Of a stretch of 64,000 nucleotides of DNA, positions 9,895-20,009 are shown piece after piece; within the stretch, counting starts at the first letter, position 1, and every line of letters starts with the position of its first letter. The stretch is from an uncultured Candidatus Saccharibacteria bacterium (lineage in GTDB: Bacteria > Patescibacteriota > Minisyncoccia > Phycocordibacterales > UBA918). The position numbers and the translations under genes are program-made. Under the pieces are notes generated by a model, which ran no database searches, was not told the origin of the DNA, and was given only the letters and a program-made list of their open reading frames with translations. The DNA is taken from NCBI GenBank assembly GCA_964399295.1, contig CAYNQD010000001.1:7013-71012 (forward strand), given 5' to 3'.

Positions 9895-9916
9895 CTTTTC
9901 TTGAGGGGAGGCATAC

Positions 9917-9944
9917 TTGCTAAAATATACATATTTGTTATAGT
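9917..9944 (+). promoter_or_regulatory. Sigma-70-type promoter for rpmE-prfA
   Basis: TTGCTA, 16-nt spacer, TATAGT, ending about 12 nt upstream of the rpmE ATG. Confidence 0.4.
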
Positions 9945-9955
9945 GTGGCACACAT

Positions 9956-10228
9956 ATGAAAGCTGAAATTCATCCAAAAAATTATCGACTGGTTATCTTC
10001 CATGATAACTCAAGCGGCGAGCGTTTTCTTATCGGTTCAACCATCAAGACCAACGCTACCGACAAATGGAGTGATGGTGTTGAGTACCCTATTACACGTG
10101 TAGACGTATCCAGCGCTTCTCATCCTTTTTATACTGGTCAGGAGAAGGTTATGGATACGGCAGGTAGAGTGGAAAGGTTTAAAGCCAGAGCCGCGCAGAC
10201 TGTCACTAATAGAAAGAAGAAAGGTTAA
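9956..10228 (+). CDS. rpmE: 50S ribosomal protein L31, type B (no Cys zinc ribbon)
   Basis: [10 protein letters not shown]... start typical of L31. No CxxC pairs, so it is the zinc-independent paralog type. Confidence 0.88.
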   Translation: MKAEIHPKNYRLVIFHDNSSGERFLIGSTIKTNATDKWSDGVEYPITRVDVSSASHPFYTGQEKVMDTAGRVERFKARAAQTVTNRKKKG

Positions 10229-10231
10229 TGA

Positions 10232-10279
10232 AAAAGACTACTACCATATTGGATACCAATATGGTAGTAGTCTTTTAGT
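10232..10279 (+). terminator. Rho-independent terminator/attenuator after rpmE
   Basis: 18-bp perfect stem agactactaccatattgg / ccaatatggtagtagtct followed by TTTT. Confidence 0.65.
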
Positions 10280-10300
10280 GTATGCGGTAAAATTATACCT

Positions 10301-11278
10301 ATGGAATTTAACGAAGAAGAAATACAGGCTTTTCGCGAAAATCAAAAAACTCAGTTTTTGGCCAGTCAATTTGATGAGTTGCACAAAAAGCAGCTTGAGT
10401 CTGAGGAGATGGCAAATGATCCGGAAATGGCTTTGTTGGTACGGGAGGAGGTTGATTCTTTAGAATCGCAAAAGCAAAACCTTCTCAGTGAGATGCGAAG
10501 GATAGTGGAGTCGGCGAAAGAGGAGGATGAGAAACCCTACGGCGTGGTCTTGGAGGTGAGGGCCGGTGCCGGTGGCGATGAAGCGGCTCTGTTTGCCGAG
10601 GAGCTGGCTTCAATGTACACGACTTACGCCAGTTTGAATGGATGGCTGGTTTCGGTTGAACACGAATCAAGGTCAGCAGCCGGCGGCTATAAAGAAGCTG
10701 TCTTTGAAATCATTCATCAAAAAGCTTATCAAAAATTCCGTTTTGAAACCGGAGTTCATCGCGTGCAGCGCATTCCGGTAACGGAAAAGGCTGGTCGTAT
10801 TCATACCTCGACCGCCTCAGTTGCCATATTGCCTTTGCGCAAAAAGCCGACTATTGAGATTAGTCCCAGCGATATCGTGATGGAATTTTCTCGCTCTGGC
10901 GGTGCCGGCGGGCAAAACGTAAACAAAGTGGAAACAGCCGTTCGCTTGGTCCATACGCCGACCGGAATTGAGGTTCGTAGCCAAAGCGAACGTTCGCAGC
11001 TTAAAAATCGAGAGAAGGCGATGAGTATTTTAGTAGCAAAATTGGAAGCGGCGCACGATGAAGACGAAGCAAAAAAACATGCCTCAGAAAGAAAAAACCA
11101 AATCGGAACCGGTGACCGCTCAGAAAAAATAAGAACCTATAATTTTCCACAAAATCGGATAACCGACCATCGTATTAAAGTATCATGGCACAACATAGAA
11201 GGTGTCATGAATGGGCAGCTGGATCCGATTTTTGACGCGATTGATGATGTGTTGAAAGGAGAGCAGGTGGTTGCGTAG
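10301..11278 (+). CDS. prfA: Peptide chain release factor 1
   Basis: GGQ motif [21 protein letters not shown] tripeptide (RF1-type, not the SPF of RF2). 325 aa. Confidence 0.88.
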   Translation: MEFNEEEIQAFRENQKTQFLASQFDELHKKQLESEEMANDPEMALLVREEVDSLESQKQNLLSEMRRIVESAKEEDEKPYGVVLEVRAGAGGDEAALFAEELASMYTTYASLNGWLVSVEHESRSAAGGYKEAVFEIIHQKAYQKFRFETGVHRVQRIPVTEKAGRIHTSTASVAILPLRKKPTIEISPSDIVMEFSRSGGAGGQNVNKVETAVRLVHTPTGIEVRSQSERSQLKNREKAMSILVAKLEAAHDEDEAKKHASERKNQIGTGDRSEKIRTYNFPQNRITDHRIKVSWHNIEGVMNGQLDPIFDAIDDVLKGEQVVA

Positions 11279-11343
11279 AAGATTCAGATATGTTAACATC
11301 TGCTTGCTTAAGCGCTTCGCGCTTTTTTGCTTTAGTATTTATT

Positions 11344-12108
11344 ATGTCAACACAAACTAACAACAATTCATCACTCATCGAGCGCCTGTTTAAAGCTGGA
11401 GCTCATTTTGGTTTTAAAAAAAGTCGTCGTCATCCTACTAGCACGCCATTTTTATTTGGCACAAAAGAGGGTAATGACATCTTTGATCTCGAACAGACCG
11501 CCGATTTAATAGACCAGGCCAAGGAGATTTTAAAGGAAGCGGGAATGAATGGCAAAACAGTTCTTTTTGTCGGAACTAAAGACGAGGTAGTCAATACCGT
11601 AAAAGAAATGGCAACCAAGTCGGAAATGCCTTACGTAGTAAATCGTTGGATTGGCGGCATGATGACCAACGCCTCTGAAACTAAAAAGCGAATCAACAGA
11701 CTAGAAGAATTGAGTCGCGAAGGTGAGTCTGGAGAATTAGAACGAAAATATACAAAGAAAGAGCGACTGCTAATAAGTCGTGAAGTCAATAAATTGAATT
11801 TCAACTTCAAGGGTATCAGCGCGATGGCAAAGACTCCAGACTTGATGATTGTGGTAGACCCAAGGCATGACCATATCGCCGTTAAAGAAGCTCTTGATAT
11901 GAAGGTACCGATTATTGGTATTATGAGTTCTGACTGCAATGTAGCGCAGGTAAAGTATCCGGTTTTGGTGAATGATGCTTTGCAGGAAAGTGTTTCCGTG
12001 GTCTTGGGCGAACTGACGGCTGCTTTGATGGAGGGCCGTTCCGCCTACGTGCCAAAGCCAGTAGCCACTCGTCCAACAACAACCAGGCCGCGCGTGCCTC
12101 GCGCCTAA
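11344..12108 (+). CDS. rpsB: 30S ribosomal protein S2 with basic/Pro-rich C-terminal tail
   Basis: I prefer the start at 11344 (MSTQTNNNSSLIERLFKAGAHFGFKKSRRHP); the ORF-track start at 11290 adds a spurious hydrophobic leader. S2 signature throughout. Confidence 0.88.
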   Translation: MSTQTNNNSSLIERLFKAGAHFGFKKSRRHPTSTPFLFGTKEGNDIFDLEQTADLIDQAKEILKEAGMNGKTVLFVGTKDEVVNTVKEMATKSEMPYVVNRWIGGMMTNASETKKRINRLEELSREGESGELERKYTKKERLLISREVNKLNFNFKGISAMAKTPDLMIVVDPRHDHIAVKEALDMKVPIIGIMSSDCNVAQVKYPVLVNDALQESVSVVLGELTAALMEGRSAYVPKPVATRPTTTRPRVPRA

Positions 12109-12162
12109 GGTCAAACCAAATTAGTTTTTAGTGTTCTTTATTAAATAAACATTTATTTTCTT

Positions 12163-12747
12163 ATGGAAATTACATCAGCTCAATTAAAAGAATTGCGTGA
12201 CAAGACTGGTATTTCAGTAATGCAGTGCAAGAAAGCTTTGGAAGAAGCTGGCGGCGATATGGATAAGGCCGTTATCATTTTAAAGAAAAAGCGAAGCGAA
12301 GCGGCTGAGAAAAAATCAGACCGCGAGCTGGGAGCGGGAGCGATTGGGTCATATATACACAATACTAACGAAGTTGCGGCTTTGGTATTTTTGGCTTGCG
12401 AGACCGATTTTGTTTCCAAGAATGAAGAGTTTGTGACTTTGGCGCGTGAGGTGGCCATGCAAGTAGTGGCTACCAATCCAGTTTATATTTCTCGCGATGA
12501 AGTGCCGGCTGAGGTCTTGGCAAAAGCCAAGGAAGTATTTCAGACAGAAGTAGAAGGGAAGCCAGCTGAAATGCAAGCCAAGATTTTGGAAGGCAAATTA
12601 TCTTCTTTCTTCAAGGAACAAATTTTATTGGAACAAGATTTTATAAAAAATCCAGAAGTGACTATCGGTGAAATGATAACCGGCGCCGTGCAGAAATTTG
12701 GGGAGAACGTGTCCGTGGTTAAGATGTCTCGTCTGTCAGTTAAGTAG
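12163..12747 (+). CDS. tsf: Elongation factor Ts (short form)
   Basis: N-terminal UBA-like ITSAQLKELRDKTGISVMQCKKALEEAGGDMDKAV. 194 aa. Immediately follows rpsB as in the canonical rpsB-tsf operon. Confidence 0.88.
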   Translation: MEITSAQLKELRDKTGISVMQCKKALEEAGGDMDKAVIILKKKRSEAAEKKSDRELGAGAIGSYIHNTNEVAALVFLACETDFVSKNEEFVTLAREVAMQVVATNPVYISRDEVPAEVLAKAKEVFQTEVEGKPAEMQAKILEGKLSSFFKEQILLEQDFIKNPEVTIGEMITGAVQKFGENVSVVKMSRLSVK

Positions 12748-12749
12748 TC

Positions 12750-13190
12750 ATGATTGGTACCGGAACCCTTTTTGTTCTCTGTCTCGGTGCTTTTGTCCTG
12801 TACTCTATCTTGTTGTTGATTGAAAATAACCGCTCGAAGCGCGTTGTTTTTGGTAGTTTTAGGGATTTTTTGGATAGGATTTTAATAGCAATAACTGATT
12901 TTATAGGCTCTAAATTAACCTACCTCGGTCGTTATATTATCAAATTATCCTGGTACTACAGTATCCATCGTTTCTTGCGATTTCTCTTGACCGTTTTGGT
13001 TAAAAGTTATGATTATTTAGAAACACTTTTTTTAAAAAATCGTGATCGGGCAAAAGTCATAAAGATTGAAAAACGCAAATTAAAAGTTGTAAACAATCAT
13101 TTAGACTTAATGGCCGATCATAAAGCCAGCACCGCTCTTTCGGAAGAAGGAAAAAAGGAATTGTTGGCCAAAAAGTTGGAACGGGGGTAA
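12750..13190 (+). CDS. Hypothetical membrane protein (N-terminal TM helix, basic coiled C-terminus)
   Basis: 2-nt gap after tsf. One clear TM helix. No recognisable motif. Confidence 0.35.
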   Translation: MIGTGTLFVLCLGAFVLYSILLLIENNRSKRVVFGSFRDFLDRILIAITDFIGSKLTYLGRYIIKLSWYYSIHRFLRFLLTVLVKSYDYLETLFLKNRDRAKVIKIEKRKLKVVNNHLDLMADHKASTALSEEGKKELLAKKLERG

Positions 13191-13252
13191 AGTCAGGTTG
13201 CGCTTTTTTTAAAATAAGTTTAAGATAGCGTCACACAAAATGCAGAATATTT

Positions 13253-13325
13253 GCCACCTTAGCTCAGTTGGTAGAGCAACGGTTTTGTAAACCGTGGGTC
13301 GTCAGTTCAAGTCTGACAGGTGGCT
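13253..13325 (+). tRNA. tRNA-Thr (anticodon UGU)
   Basis: Cloverleaf folded by hand. Acceptor gccacct/aggtggc, D-arm gctc-agttggta-gagc, anticodon stem acggt/accgt with loop tttgtaa (anticodon TGT), T-arm gtcag-ttcaagt-ctgac, discriminator t. CCA is not encoded. Confidence 0.85.
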
Positions 13326-13449
13326 CAGAATTTACTAAAGTCTGTCAGTAATAGATAGTTAAGAATTTAAGCTAAGCGAGGGACGTTTTCTTACGAGGGT
13401 GATTAAACGCTCTTTATTTATAAAGGTATTCGTTATATACTCATAATCG

Positions 13450-15015
13450 TTGTTTATGAATAAATCCGAACCTTCACATTTATTGCCATACGCTCGTCGG
13501 GATGATTTTCACGTCGGCCGAGCGACAAATCTTACCGGAAAGCGTCGTATTTTTTATCGTTTTCTGGAGATATTGCCTGGACTTACTTCTTGGACGACTC
13601 TGATTGGGGTGGTTCTTTTGTCTATTTACGCGCCGTTTATCGCGGCGTATTTTGTAATTGCTTTTGCTTTGTACTGGGTTTTGAAAACCGCTTTTCTGTC
13701 TTACCATTTGCGTCACAACTGGAAGCGTCTTAGGCACCACATGTCTCTTGATTGGGGGGGTATGATTAAGGATTTCCAGTATTCACATTTATATCACGTG
13801 GTCATTTTGCCGTTTTACAAAGAGCCGGTTTCGGTGATTGAAAACAGCTTAGAAGCTTTGGCTAAGGTAAATTATGACCATAAAAAAATTATAGTGGTAT
13901 TGGCAGGGGAAGAGCGGGCCGGTCCTGAAGCTCAAAAAAATGCTGCTTTGATGAAAGAGAAATTTTCTTCACGGTTTGGTTTTTTCGTGACTACTATTCA
14001 TCCAGCCGATATCGAAGGAGAAATTGCCGGTAAAGGTTCAAACGCTTCTTACGCGGCTGAGGTTGTGAGAAAAGAAATCTTAGACGCAAACCATCTAAAG
14101 TACAGCGAAACTCTAGTTTCAATTTTTGATATTGATACCGTTTTGTATCCCGATTATTTTAATTGTCTGATTTGGCATTTTGTTAATGCCAAAAGACCGC
14201 TAAAAAGTTCTTTCCAACCGGTGCCGATATTCAACAATAATATTTGGGAGGCTCCGGCTGTGTCCAGAGTTGTTGCCATGAGTAGTACTTTTTGGGAGAT
14301 GGTGCAACAGGAGCGGCCGGAGCGAATGGCGACATTTTCTTCACACTCGGTGACGTTTCAAGCTTTATACGAAGTGGGGTATTGGCAAACAAACATGGTC
14401 AGTGAAGACTCACGTATTTATTGGAATTTGTTGATAGCAAATAATGGCGAGTATGACGTAATTCCCTTGTCTTATCCCGTTTCAATGGACGCCAATGTTG
14501 CTCCGACTTTTTGGCAGACGGTTGTCCAAATTTACAAACAACATCGCCGCTGGACTTATGGCGTGGAAAATCTTTGTTACATCTTGTATCATTTTAGGGA
14601 AAATAAAAATATCTCACTCAAAAAAAGAATCGTGGTGGCCTTTCAGCAGGCGGAAGGGTATTGGTCACTGGTGACCAATCCCATCATGTTGTTTATTTTA
14701 GGTTGGGCTCCTATTTATCTCGGCGGACAGGAATTTCACCAAACCGTTCTGTCATACAATCTTCCAATTATTGTTCGTGACCTACTGATTTTAGCGATGA
14801 TTGGATTAGTGGTTTCTTCTATGATTTCACTTAGTTTAATACCGGAACGTCCTAAAAATACCAGTCGTTTTCATTATTTGGTGATGGCGGTGCAGTGGAT
14901 TATGATACCGGCCACGATGATTATATTCAGCGCGCTGCCAGGACTTGATGCTCAAACCAGGCTTATGTTTGGACATTACATGGGTTTTTGGGTGACTCCA
15001 AAAATTAGAACTTAA
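13450..15015 (+). CDS. Integral-membrane processive family-2 glycosyltransferase (cellulose/chitin/NodC-like synthase)
   Basis: N- and C-terminal TM bundles flank a cytoplasmic GT2 core. The core has DxD (FDIDT), SED...R and the processive QxxRW motif (QHRRW). Confidence 0.55.
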   Translation: MFMNKSEPSHLLPYARRDDFHVGRATNLTGKRRIFYRFLEILPGLTSWTTLIGVVLLSIYAPFIAAYFVIAFALYWVLKTAFLSYHLRHNWKRLRHHMSLDWGGMIKDFQYSHLYHVVILPFYKEPVSVIENSLEALAKVNYDHKKIIVVLAGEERAGPEAQKNAALMKEKFSSRFGFFVTTIHPADIEGEIAGKGSNASYAAEVVRKEILDANHLKYSETLVSIFDIDTVLYPDYFNCLIWHFVNAKRPLKSSFQPVPIFNNNIWEAPAVSRVVAMSSTFWEMVQQERPERMATFSSHSVTFQALYEVGYWQTNMVSEDSRIYWNLLIANNGEYDVIPLSYPVSMDANVAPTFWQTVVQIYKQHRRWTYGVENLCYILYHFRENKNISLKKRIVVAFQQAEGYWSLVTNPIMLFILGWAPIYLGGQEFHQTVLSYNLPIIVRDLLILAMIGLVVSSMISLSLIPERPKNTSRFHYLVMAVQWIMIPATMIIFSALPGLDAQTRLMFGHYMGFWVTPKIRT

Positions 15016-15031
15016 TGCTAAAGTACTTAAT

Positions 15032-16174
15032 ATGCAACCAATCGTAAAACCTTTATCCAATCGGCACCGAAATTTTGTTTTTTTGGCTCTGATAATTATT
15101 TTTGTCATTAGTCTGCCGGCTTTTATTTTTTATTCAGTCGGCTACCGGTACAATTTTTTTGCTGAGGAACCGATAGTAACAGCTACAGGTGGTCTTTATA
15201 TCGCTTCAACCGCTACTGATAGTCAAATTTTTTTGAATGAAAAGGAGGTGGTCAACGCTAGGGTTTTTAGGAAAGCTTTGTATTTGCAGGGAATCGAACC
15301 CGGAGTGCATCGCGTCCATGTGCAAGCTGATGGCCTGCATACTTGGGTGAAAGATTTAATGGTCTATCCGCAAATAGTGACTGAAGCTGAGTCCTTTAAT
15401 CTGCCGCTGGTGCCGCGAGTACGGCCGGTGACTGAGTACGTGTCCAGCAAAAACGAACCTGTGTATTTTTCCATGGCTACTTCAACTTTTGATTTGTTTG
15501 CCAAAGCTTCCAATTCCGTTCCGATTATCCTATCAACATCTTCGGCTACCAGTACTGTACATAACAATCCAGAGTTCTTGCTTCTGGTTGAAATGTTTGA
15601 AGAAAAAGCTTCCACGACAGCAAGAAGGATTGTCTTGGAAGAAGTAGAAAAAACAAATAAATTTGGCTTTGCCACTGTCACCCCAGAGGTGAAAATTGAT
15701 GAGGAACAGGCCACCAGTACAGTTGTTCAAGATAGAATCATGCTTTATAAACAAGGAGAGGATATTTTTGCCCAGGCTCTAGGGACTGGCAGGCAGGTGC
15801 CGCATTATTTTTGCACAACACAATTATCCACCACCTCAAAAGACGCGCTTGAACTTATGTCTGGTTTGGATAATGATTATTTTGAAACCGATATTTTGGA
15901 TGTAAGTAATGAAAACTTGTGCCGGAGTGATATTCTGATAAATCGCCAAGGAGAAAAAGTTCATGATTTCAATTTCTTCCCCGGTAATACCAATTTGGTT
16001 TTGATGCGTCTTGATAGTGGCCTTTACGTGGTAGAGATAGACGACAGAGCTTGGCAAAACACGCAGCTTCTCTATGGTGGTGAAGATATAGAGATGCTAA
16101 TTTATGGAAACAATATTTTTTTAAGAGACAATGGTTTTATCTTTGAGGTTTTACCGGCTATAATTGGCAGATAA
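15032..16174 (+). CDS. Membrane-anchored protein with PEGA-like beta-sandwich domain
   Basis: N-terminal TM helix. The segment IEPGVHRVHVQADGLHTWVKDLMV resembles the PEGA-domain consensus. Immediately downstream of the GT2 synthase and overlaps the pheS start by 11 nt. Confidence 0.4.
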   Translation: MQPIVKPLSNRHRNFVFLALIIIFVISLPAFIFYSVGYRYNFFAEEPIVTATGGLYIASTATDSQIFLNEKEVVNARVFRKALYLQGIEPGVHRVHVQADGLHTWVKDLMVYPQIVTEAESFNLPLVPRVRPVTEYVSSKNEPVYFSMATSTFDLFAKASNSVPIILSTSSATSTVHNNPEFLLLVEMFEEKASTTARRIVLEEVEKTNKFGFATVTPEVKIDEEQATSTVVQDRIMLYKQGEDIFAQALGTGRQVPHYFCTTQLSTTSKDALELMSGLDNDYFETDILDVSNENLCRSDILINRQGEKVHDFNFFPGNTNLVLMRLDSGLYVVEIDDRAWQNTQLLYGGEDIEMLIYGNNIFLRDNGFIFEVLPAIIGR

Positions 16175-16910
16175 ATTAAATAATATTATGGAACAAGAAA
16201 AAGGTCATCAACATCCAATCTCCAATTTGATAGCGGAGATAAATGATATTTTTGCAAAAATCGGCTTTGAGCTGGTGGATGGTCCGGAAGTGGAAACCGA
16301 ACACTACAACTTTGATAGGCTAAACGTGCCAAAAGATCACCCTTCACGCGACATGCAGGATACTTTTTGGTTGAGCAACGATGACGTGTCCGTGCCGACC
16401 GTACTGAGAACGCACACCTCTCCCGTACAAGCTCGTTACATGGAAAGTCACCAGCCACCGATTCGCATTATCGTGCCGGGTAAAGTTTTTAGAAATGAGG
16501 CCACGGACGCGACTCACGAAGCGCAATTTTTCCAGCTTGAGGGTTTGTACGTGGATAAGGATGTTAGTCTGGGACATCTAAAAGGCACTCTTGAATACTT
16601 TTTATCTAAATTATTTAAGGGCAAAACCGAAATTCGTTTTCGTCCCAGCTATTTTCCTTTTGTTGAACCGGGACTTGAAGTGGATATGCGGATGCTGGAA
16701 GGTGAGAGTAAGCTGGTCGGCAGGTGGGTGGAAATCATGGGTGCCGGAATGGTCCATCCGAATGTTTTGCGGGCTTCCGGCATAGACCCTAATATCTATA
16801 GCGGGTTTGCTTTTGGAGTCGGTGTTGATCGCTTGGCTATGATGCGACACGGCATTGACGACGTTCGTCTTTTTTACACCGGAGACTTGCGTTTAATTAA
16901 TCAATTTTAA
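16164..16910 (+). CDS. pheS: Phenylalanine--tRNA ligase alpha subunit (short form)
   Basis: Class II aaRS motifs FRPSYFPFVEPGLEVD and GAGMVHPNVL...GFAFGVGVDRLAMM. 248 aa. Confidence 0.9.
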   Translation: MADKLNNIMEQEKGHQHPISNLIAEINDIFAKIGFELVDGPEVETEHYNFDRLNVPKDHPSRDMQDTFWLSNDDVSVPTVLRTHTSPVQARYMESHQPPIRIIVPGKVFRNEATDATHEAQFFQLEGLYVDKDVSLGHLKGTLEYFLSKLFKGKTEIRFRPSYFPFVEPGLEVDMRMLEGESKLVGRWVEIMGAGMVHPNVLRASGIDPNIYSGFAFGVGVDRLAMMRHGIDDVRLFYTGDLRLINQF

Positions 16911-16920
16911 AAATTTTAGT

Positions 16921-18855
16921 ATGCTCGTTTCTTATAATTGGTTAAAGGATTATTTGGGTAAAGACATTCCTCCGGTAAATGAACTAACCGAACTTCTAAC
17001 CACCCACTCTTTTGAGATTGAGGAAGTCACCGCGCTTGCGGGGGATACTTTAATTGACGTGAAAATACTGCCGGATAGAGCGGGGGATTGTTTGTCGCAT
17101 CGTGGTGTTGCCAGAGAAGTGGCGACTTTACTGGCTTTGCCTTTGGTCTTTGATCCGCTTAGTGAAGAAATAATTTTAGACAAAAGCAATGATTTTTTAA
17201 TAACCATAGAAAATGCGCAAGATTGTTCTAGGTTCGCGGCGGCGTTGCTGACGGATATTAAAATTGCTCCATCGCCACAATGGTTGCAAGACAGACTGGC
17301 TACTATCGGACAAAAATCAATCAATAATATTGTTGATGCTACCAATTATGTCATGTACGCTCTTGGTCAGCCGATGCATGCTTATGATGCCGATTTATTT
17401 TCAAAGACCGCTGATAATAAGTGGCACTTTCTTATCAGAAAAGCAAATGTTGGAGAGACGATAGCTTTATTAAAAGACAGCGCCGCTACTGGCACTCGCG
17501 AAATCAAACTAACCGGTTCCGAGCTCCTAATCGTTGACGGAACCAAAAATCTACCAATTGGTCTAGCCGGAATAAAAGGAGGAGAATACGCCAGTATAAA
17601 TAATGCCACCAAAAATATTATCATAGAAGCAGCTAATTTTAATTCAGTCTTAATCAGACAGACAGCCAGAAAGCACGGTATAAATACCGATGCCGTAAAA
17701 CGTTTTGAAAATAAACCTTCCGTAGCCCTACCGCCCTTGGCTATAAATTATATAGTTAAATTGATAAAAGAAATTGCCGCCGGTAATTGCGAAGGGATGT
17801 TTGATTCCTACCCAAAGCCTAGTAATCAAGAAGCGATTTTGGTGAGGACAGATAAAGTGAATAAGGTTTTGGGATTGTCGTTAGCAGATAATGAAATAAA
17901 ATTAATTCTGGAAAGATTGGGTGCTGAGGTCAAGGGCGCGGAAAATGGTTTTCTTGTAAAGGCACCAATGGAACGCAGTGATTTAAATCTTGAAGTTGAT
18001 TATATTGAAGAAGTGGGGCGAATCTATGGTTTGGACAGGATTGTATCAATTATCCCCACGAAGTTGCCTTTACCGAAGGTCAATGCCAATTATTTTTACA
18101 GTCAAGCCATTCGTTCGCTTTTATTGGCAGAAGGGTTTTCCGAAATAATGACTTCTTCTTTTCGCGATCAAGATGAAGTAAAATTACAAAACGCTTTGGC
18201 TAGTGACAAGGGTTGTTTGCGGTCTTCTATTGTTCCTGGTTTGCAAGCGGCTTTAATGTCCAATGCGCAAAATATTGATATTCTGGGATTGCGTGAAATT
18301 AAAATCTTTGAAATCGGTAAGGTGTTTGGCAAAGGGCCGGGTGAAGTAAACGAACGCCTGTCTCTGGTACTTGGTGTACAAACCAAAAAAACCGGCTATT
18401 CTCCAATCGACGATAAGATTTTGGGTGAAGTCTTAGAAAAGTTGCGCGTCATTGGTGTCGGCGTAAATTCGGTAGTCGAAAAAGGGAAGTGTGAAATCTT
18501 CTTGAATGATGCTTTGAAGAATTTGCCGTTACCAACCGAGTACGATTCTTTTTCTTATGACAGCGATATTATTTATAAACCTTTTTCCTCCTATCCGGTG
18601 ATTGTGAGGGATATAGCGATTTGGGTGGAAGCAACCATGACAAAAGAGGAAGTAGTAGCAATAATAAATGAAGCGGCCACTCCGCTTTGCGTGAAAATAA
18701 CCTTATTTGACGAATTTCCTAAAGACGGTCGCGTTTCCCGTGCCTTTAGGTTGGTTTTTCAATCCTTTGAAAAAACTTTAACCGATGACGAAGTGGAACC
18801 AATCATGGATGAGGTTTACAAAGCGGTAAAAGCAGCTGGATTTGAGACTAGGTAA
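16921..18855 (+). CDS. pheT: Phenylalanine--tRNA ligase beta subunit (short form lacking N-terminal tRNA-binding domain)
   Basis: Follows pheS. B3/4 and B5 domain-like regions. C-terminal FDX-ACB-like domain. 644 aa. Confidence 0.88.
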   Translation: MLVSYNWLKDYLGKDIPPVNELTELLTTHSFEIEEVTALAGDTLIDVKILPDRAGDCLSHRGVAREVATLLALPLVFDPLSEEIILDKSNDFLITIENAQDCSRFAAALLTDIKIAPSPQWLQDRLATIGQKSINNIVDATNYVMYALGQPMHAYDADLFSKTADNKWHFLIRKANVGETIALLKDSAATGTREIKLTGSELLIVDGTKNLPIGLAGIKGGEYASINNATKNIIIEAANFNSVLIRQTARKHGINTDAVKRFENKPSVALPPLAINYIVKLIKEIAAGNCEGMFDSYPKPSNQEAILVRTDKVNKVLGLSLADNEIKLILERLGAEVKGAENGFLVKAPMERSDLNLEVDYIEEVGRIYGLDRIVSIIPTKLPLPKVNANYFYSQAIRSLLLAEGFSEIMTSSFRDQDEVKLQNALASDKGCLRSSIVPGLQAALMSNAQNIDILGLREIKIFEIGKVFGKGPGEVNERLSLVLGVQTKKTGYSPIDDKILGEVLEKLRVIGVGVNSVVEKGKCEIFLNDALKNLPLPTEYDSFSYDSDIIYKPFSSYPVIVRDIAIWVEATMTKEEVVAIINEAATPLCVKITLFDEFPKDGRVSRAFRLVFQSFEKTLTDDEVEPIMDEVYKAVKAAGFETR

Positions 18856-18873
18856 ATTTATATTACTTACTCC

Positions 18874-19548
18874 CTACTCCCCCAAAAACTCAAACGAATC
18901 CAGCACCATTTGCCACTGGTCAGCAAAAATCGAAGGTTCTTCAAAGCCGAGGGTGACGGTAAGGTCTATCCAGTATTTATCATCTATTAAAATAAAATAA
19001 CCTTCAGTTGGTACGGTAGAGAAGGTTACTCCATGAAAATGAATGGCTGGTTTGTTAAATATCTCTACGTCACTGAAACGATAGTGGGGATTGGTGGTTT
19101 TCAGAACCTTTTCTATCCAGTACTTGGGGGTGATGTTGATTCCAATGGTGTCAGGATAACGTTTACCGGCTTTTGGATTAATTGTAACATTAAACAAGCT
19201 GACACCACTTCCAAAGGAGCCCTCATCAACTTGCCAGTCTTTTGGATAATCAAACTTAAACCCCCAGATTGTATTGATGTATGTATTGTATTCGGTGTGC
19301 TCTTCTATGTGTCCAGGGGCTTGGTCTGAGAATCCAAGACCATAACCCCAATTCTCTTTCTTGAGTTTATTCTCTATGTAAGCGTGGTCTTTGAATTGCT
19401 CCGTCGTGGAAGTTGATTGTGGTACTGATTCCGGCAGGGACTCATCTATTTTTCCATTTCCGGTTTTTTGTTGCATAAAAAAATATAAACCGACCGCGAC
19501 TAACGCACTAGCCAGAAAAGTCAGAAATATTTTTTGAGATGGCTTCAT
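18874..19548 (-). CDS. Membrane-anchored secreted protein, paralog A of a duplicated family (conserved FKDHAYIENKLKKENWG)
   Basis: N-terminal signal anchor MKPSQKIFLTFLASALVAVGLYFF. Shares long identical peptide and nucleotide stretches with the plus-strand gene at 21593-22278. Confidence 0.5.
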   Translation of the reverse strand: MKPSQKIFLTFLASALVAVGLYFFMQQKTGNGKIDESLPESVPQSTSTTEQFKDHAYIENKLKKENWGYGLGFSDQAPGHIEEHTEYNTYINTIWGFKFDYPKDWQVDEGSFGSGVSLFNVTINPKAGKRYPDTIGINITPKYWIEKVLKTTNPHYRFSDVEIFNKPAIHFHGVTFSTVPTEGYFILIDDKYWIDLTVTLGFEEPSIFADQWQMVLDSFEFLGE

Positions 19549-19596
19549 TGTGTATAGTTTAGCATAATCAAAAAGGGGAAGTGCTAGACTAAAACG

Positions 19597-19887
19597 ATGA
19601 AAACTATTATTTTGGCAACGTTTTTTAGTTTAATTTTCTTACCCAGTTATTCTTTGGCTGATAGTGAAGAAAGTTGCGGGGATCTGGTTTATATATACTT
19701 TGATGAGGATGCTCAGCAAAACGAAGAATCTCGAGAACCAATTACAAATTGCTCCAAACCCTTTACGTCACTTTTTTACGGTGATTCCACTTATACAGAA
19801 GACCAAACGCCGGTGCAAGTGGTGTTGGACGACCAGGAAGTTCTACCTGGTGGTCAAATAGACATAAATGGAGAATTAGCCGACTAA
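19597..19887 (+). CDS. Small secreted protein (96 aa, signal peptide, acidic)
   Basis: Signal peptide MKTIILATFFSLIFLPSYSLA. Divergent from paralog A. Upstream of the NlpC/P60 gene. Confidence 0.4.
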   Translation: MKTIILATFFSLIFLPSYSLADSEESCGDLVYIYFDEDAQQNEESREPITNCSKPFTSLFYGDSTYTEDQTPVQVVLDDQEVLPGGQIDINGELAD

Positions 19888-20009
19888 CTTTCCCTGACGG
19901 CAGGGAAGGATATGATTTTAGTTTATACAAAAAAGTCGGGCCGGATTATTATCACGTTGTCATATCGTCGATTGGTTTAGGTGGTTATGAAGACAGTGCG
20001 GTTGTTGCT

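Noticed and set aside
10301-11278. Programmed +1 frameshift of release factor 2 (prfB)
   Set aside because: The gene has the PVT motif of RF1 and an uninterrupted frame. No RF2 gene is present in the window.
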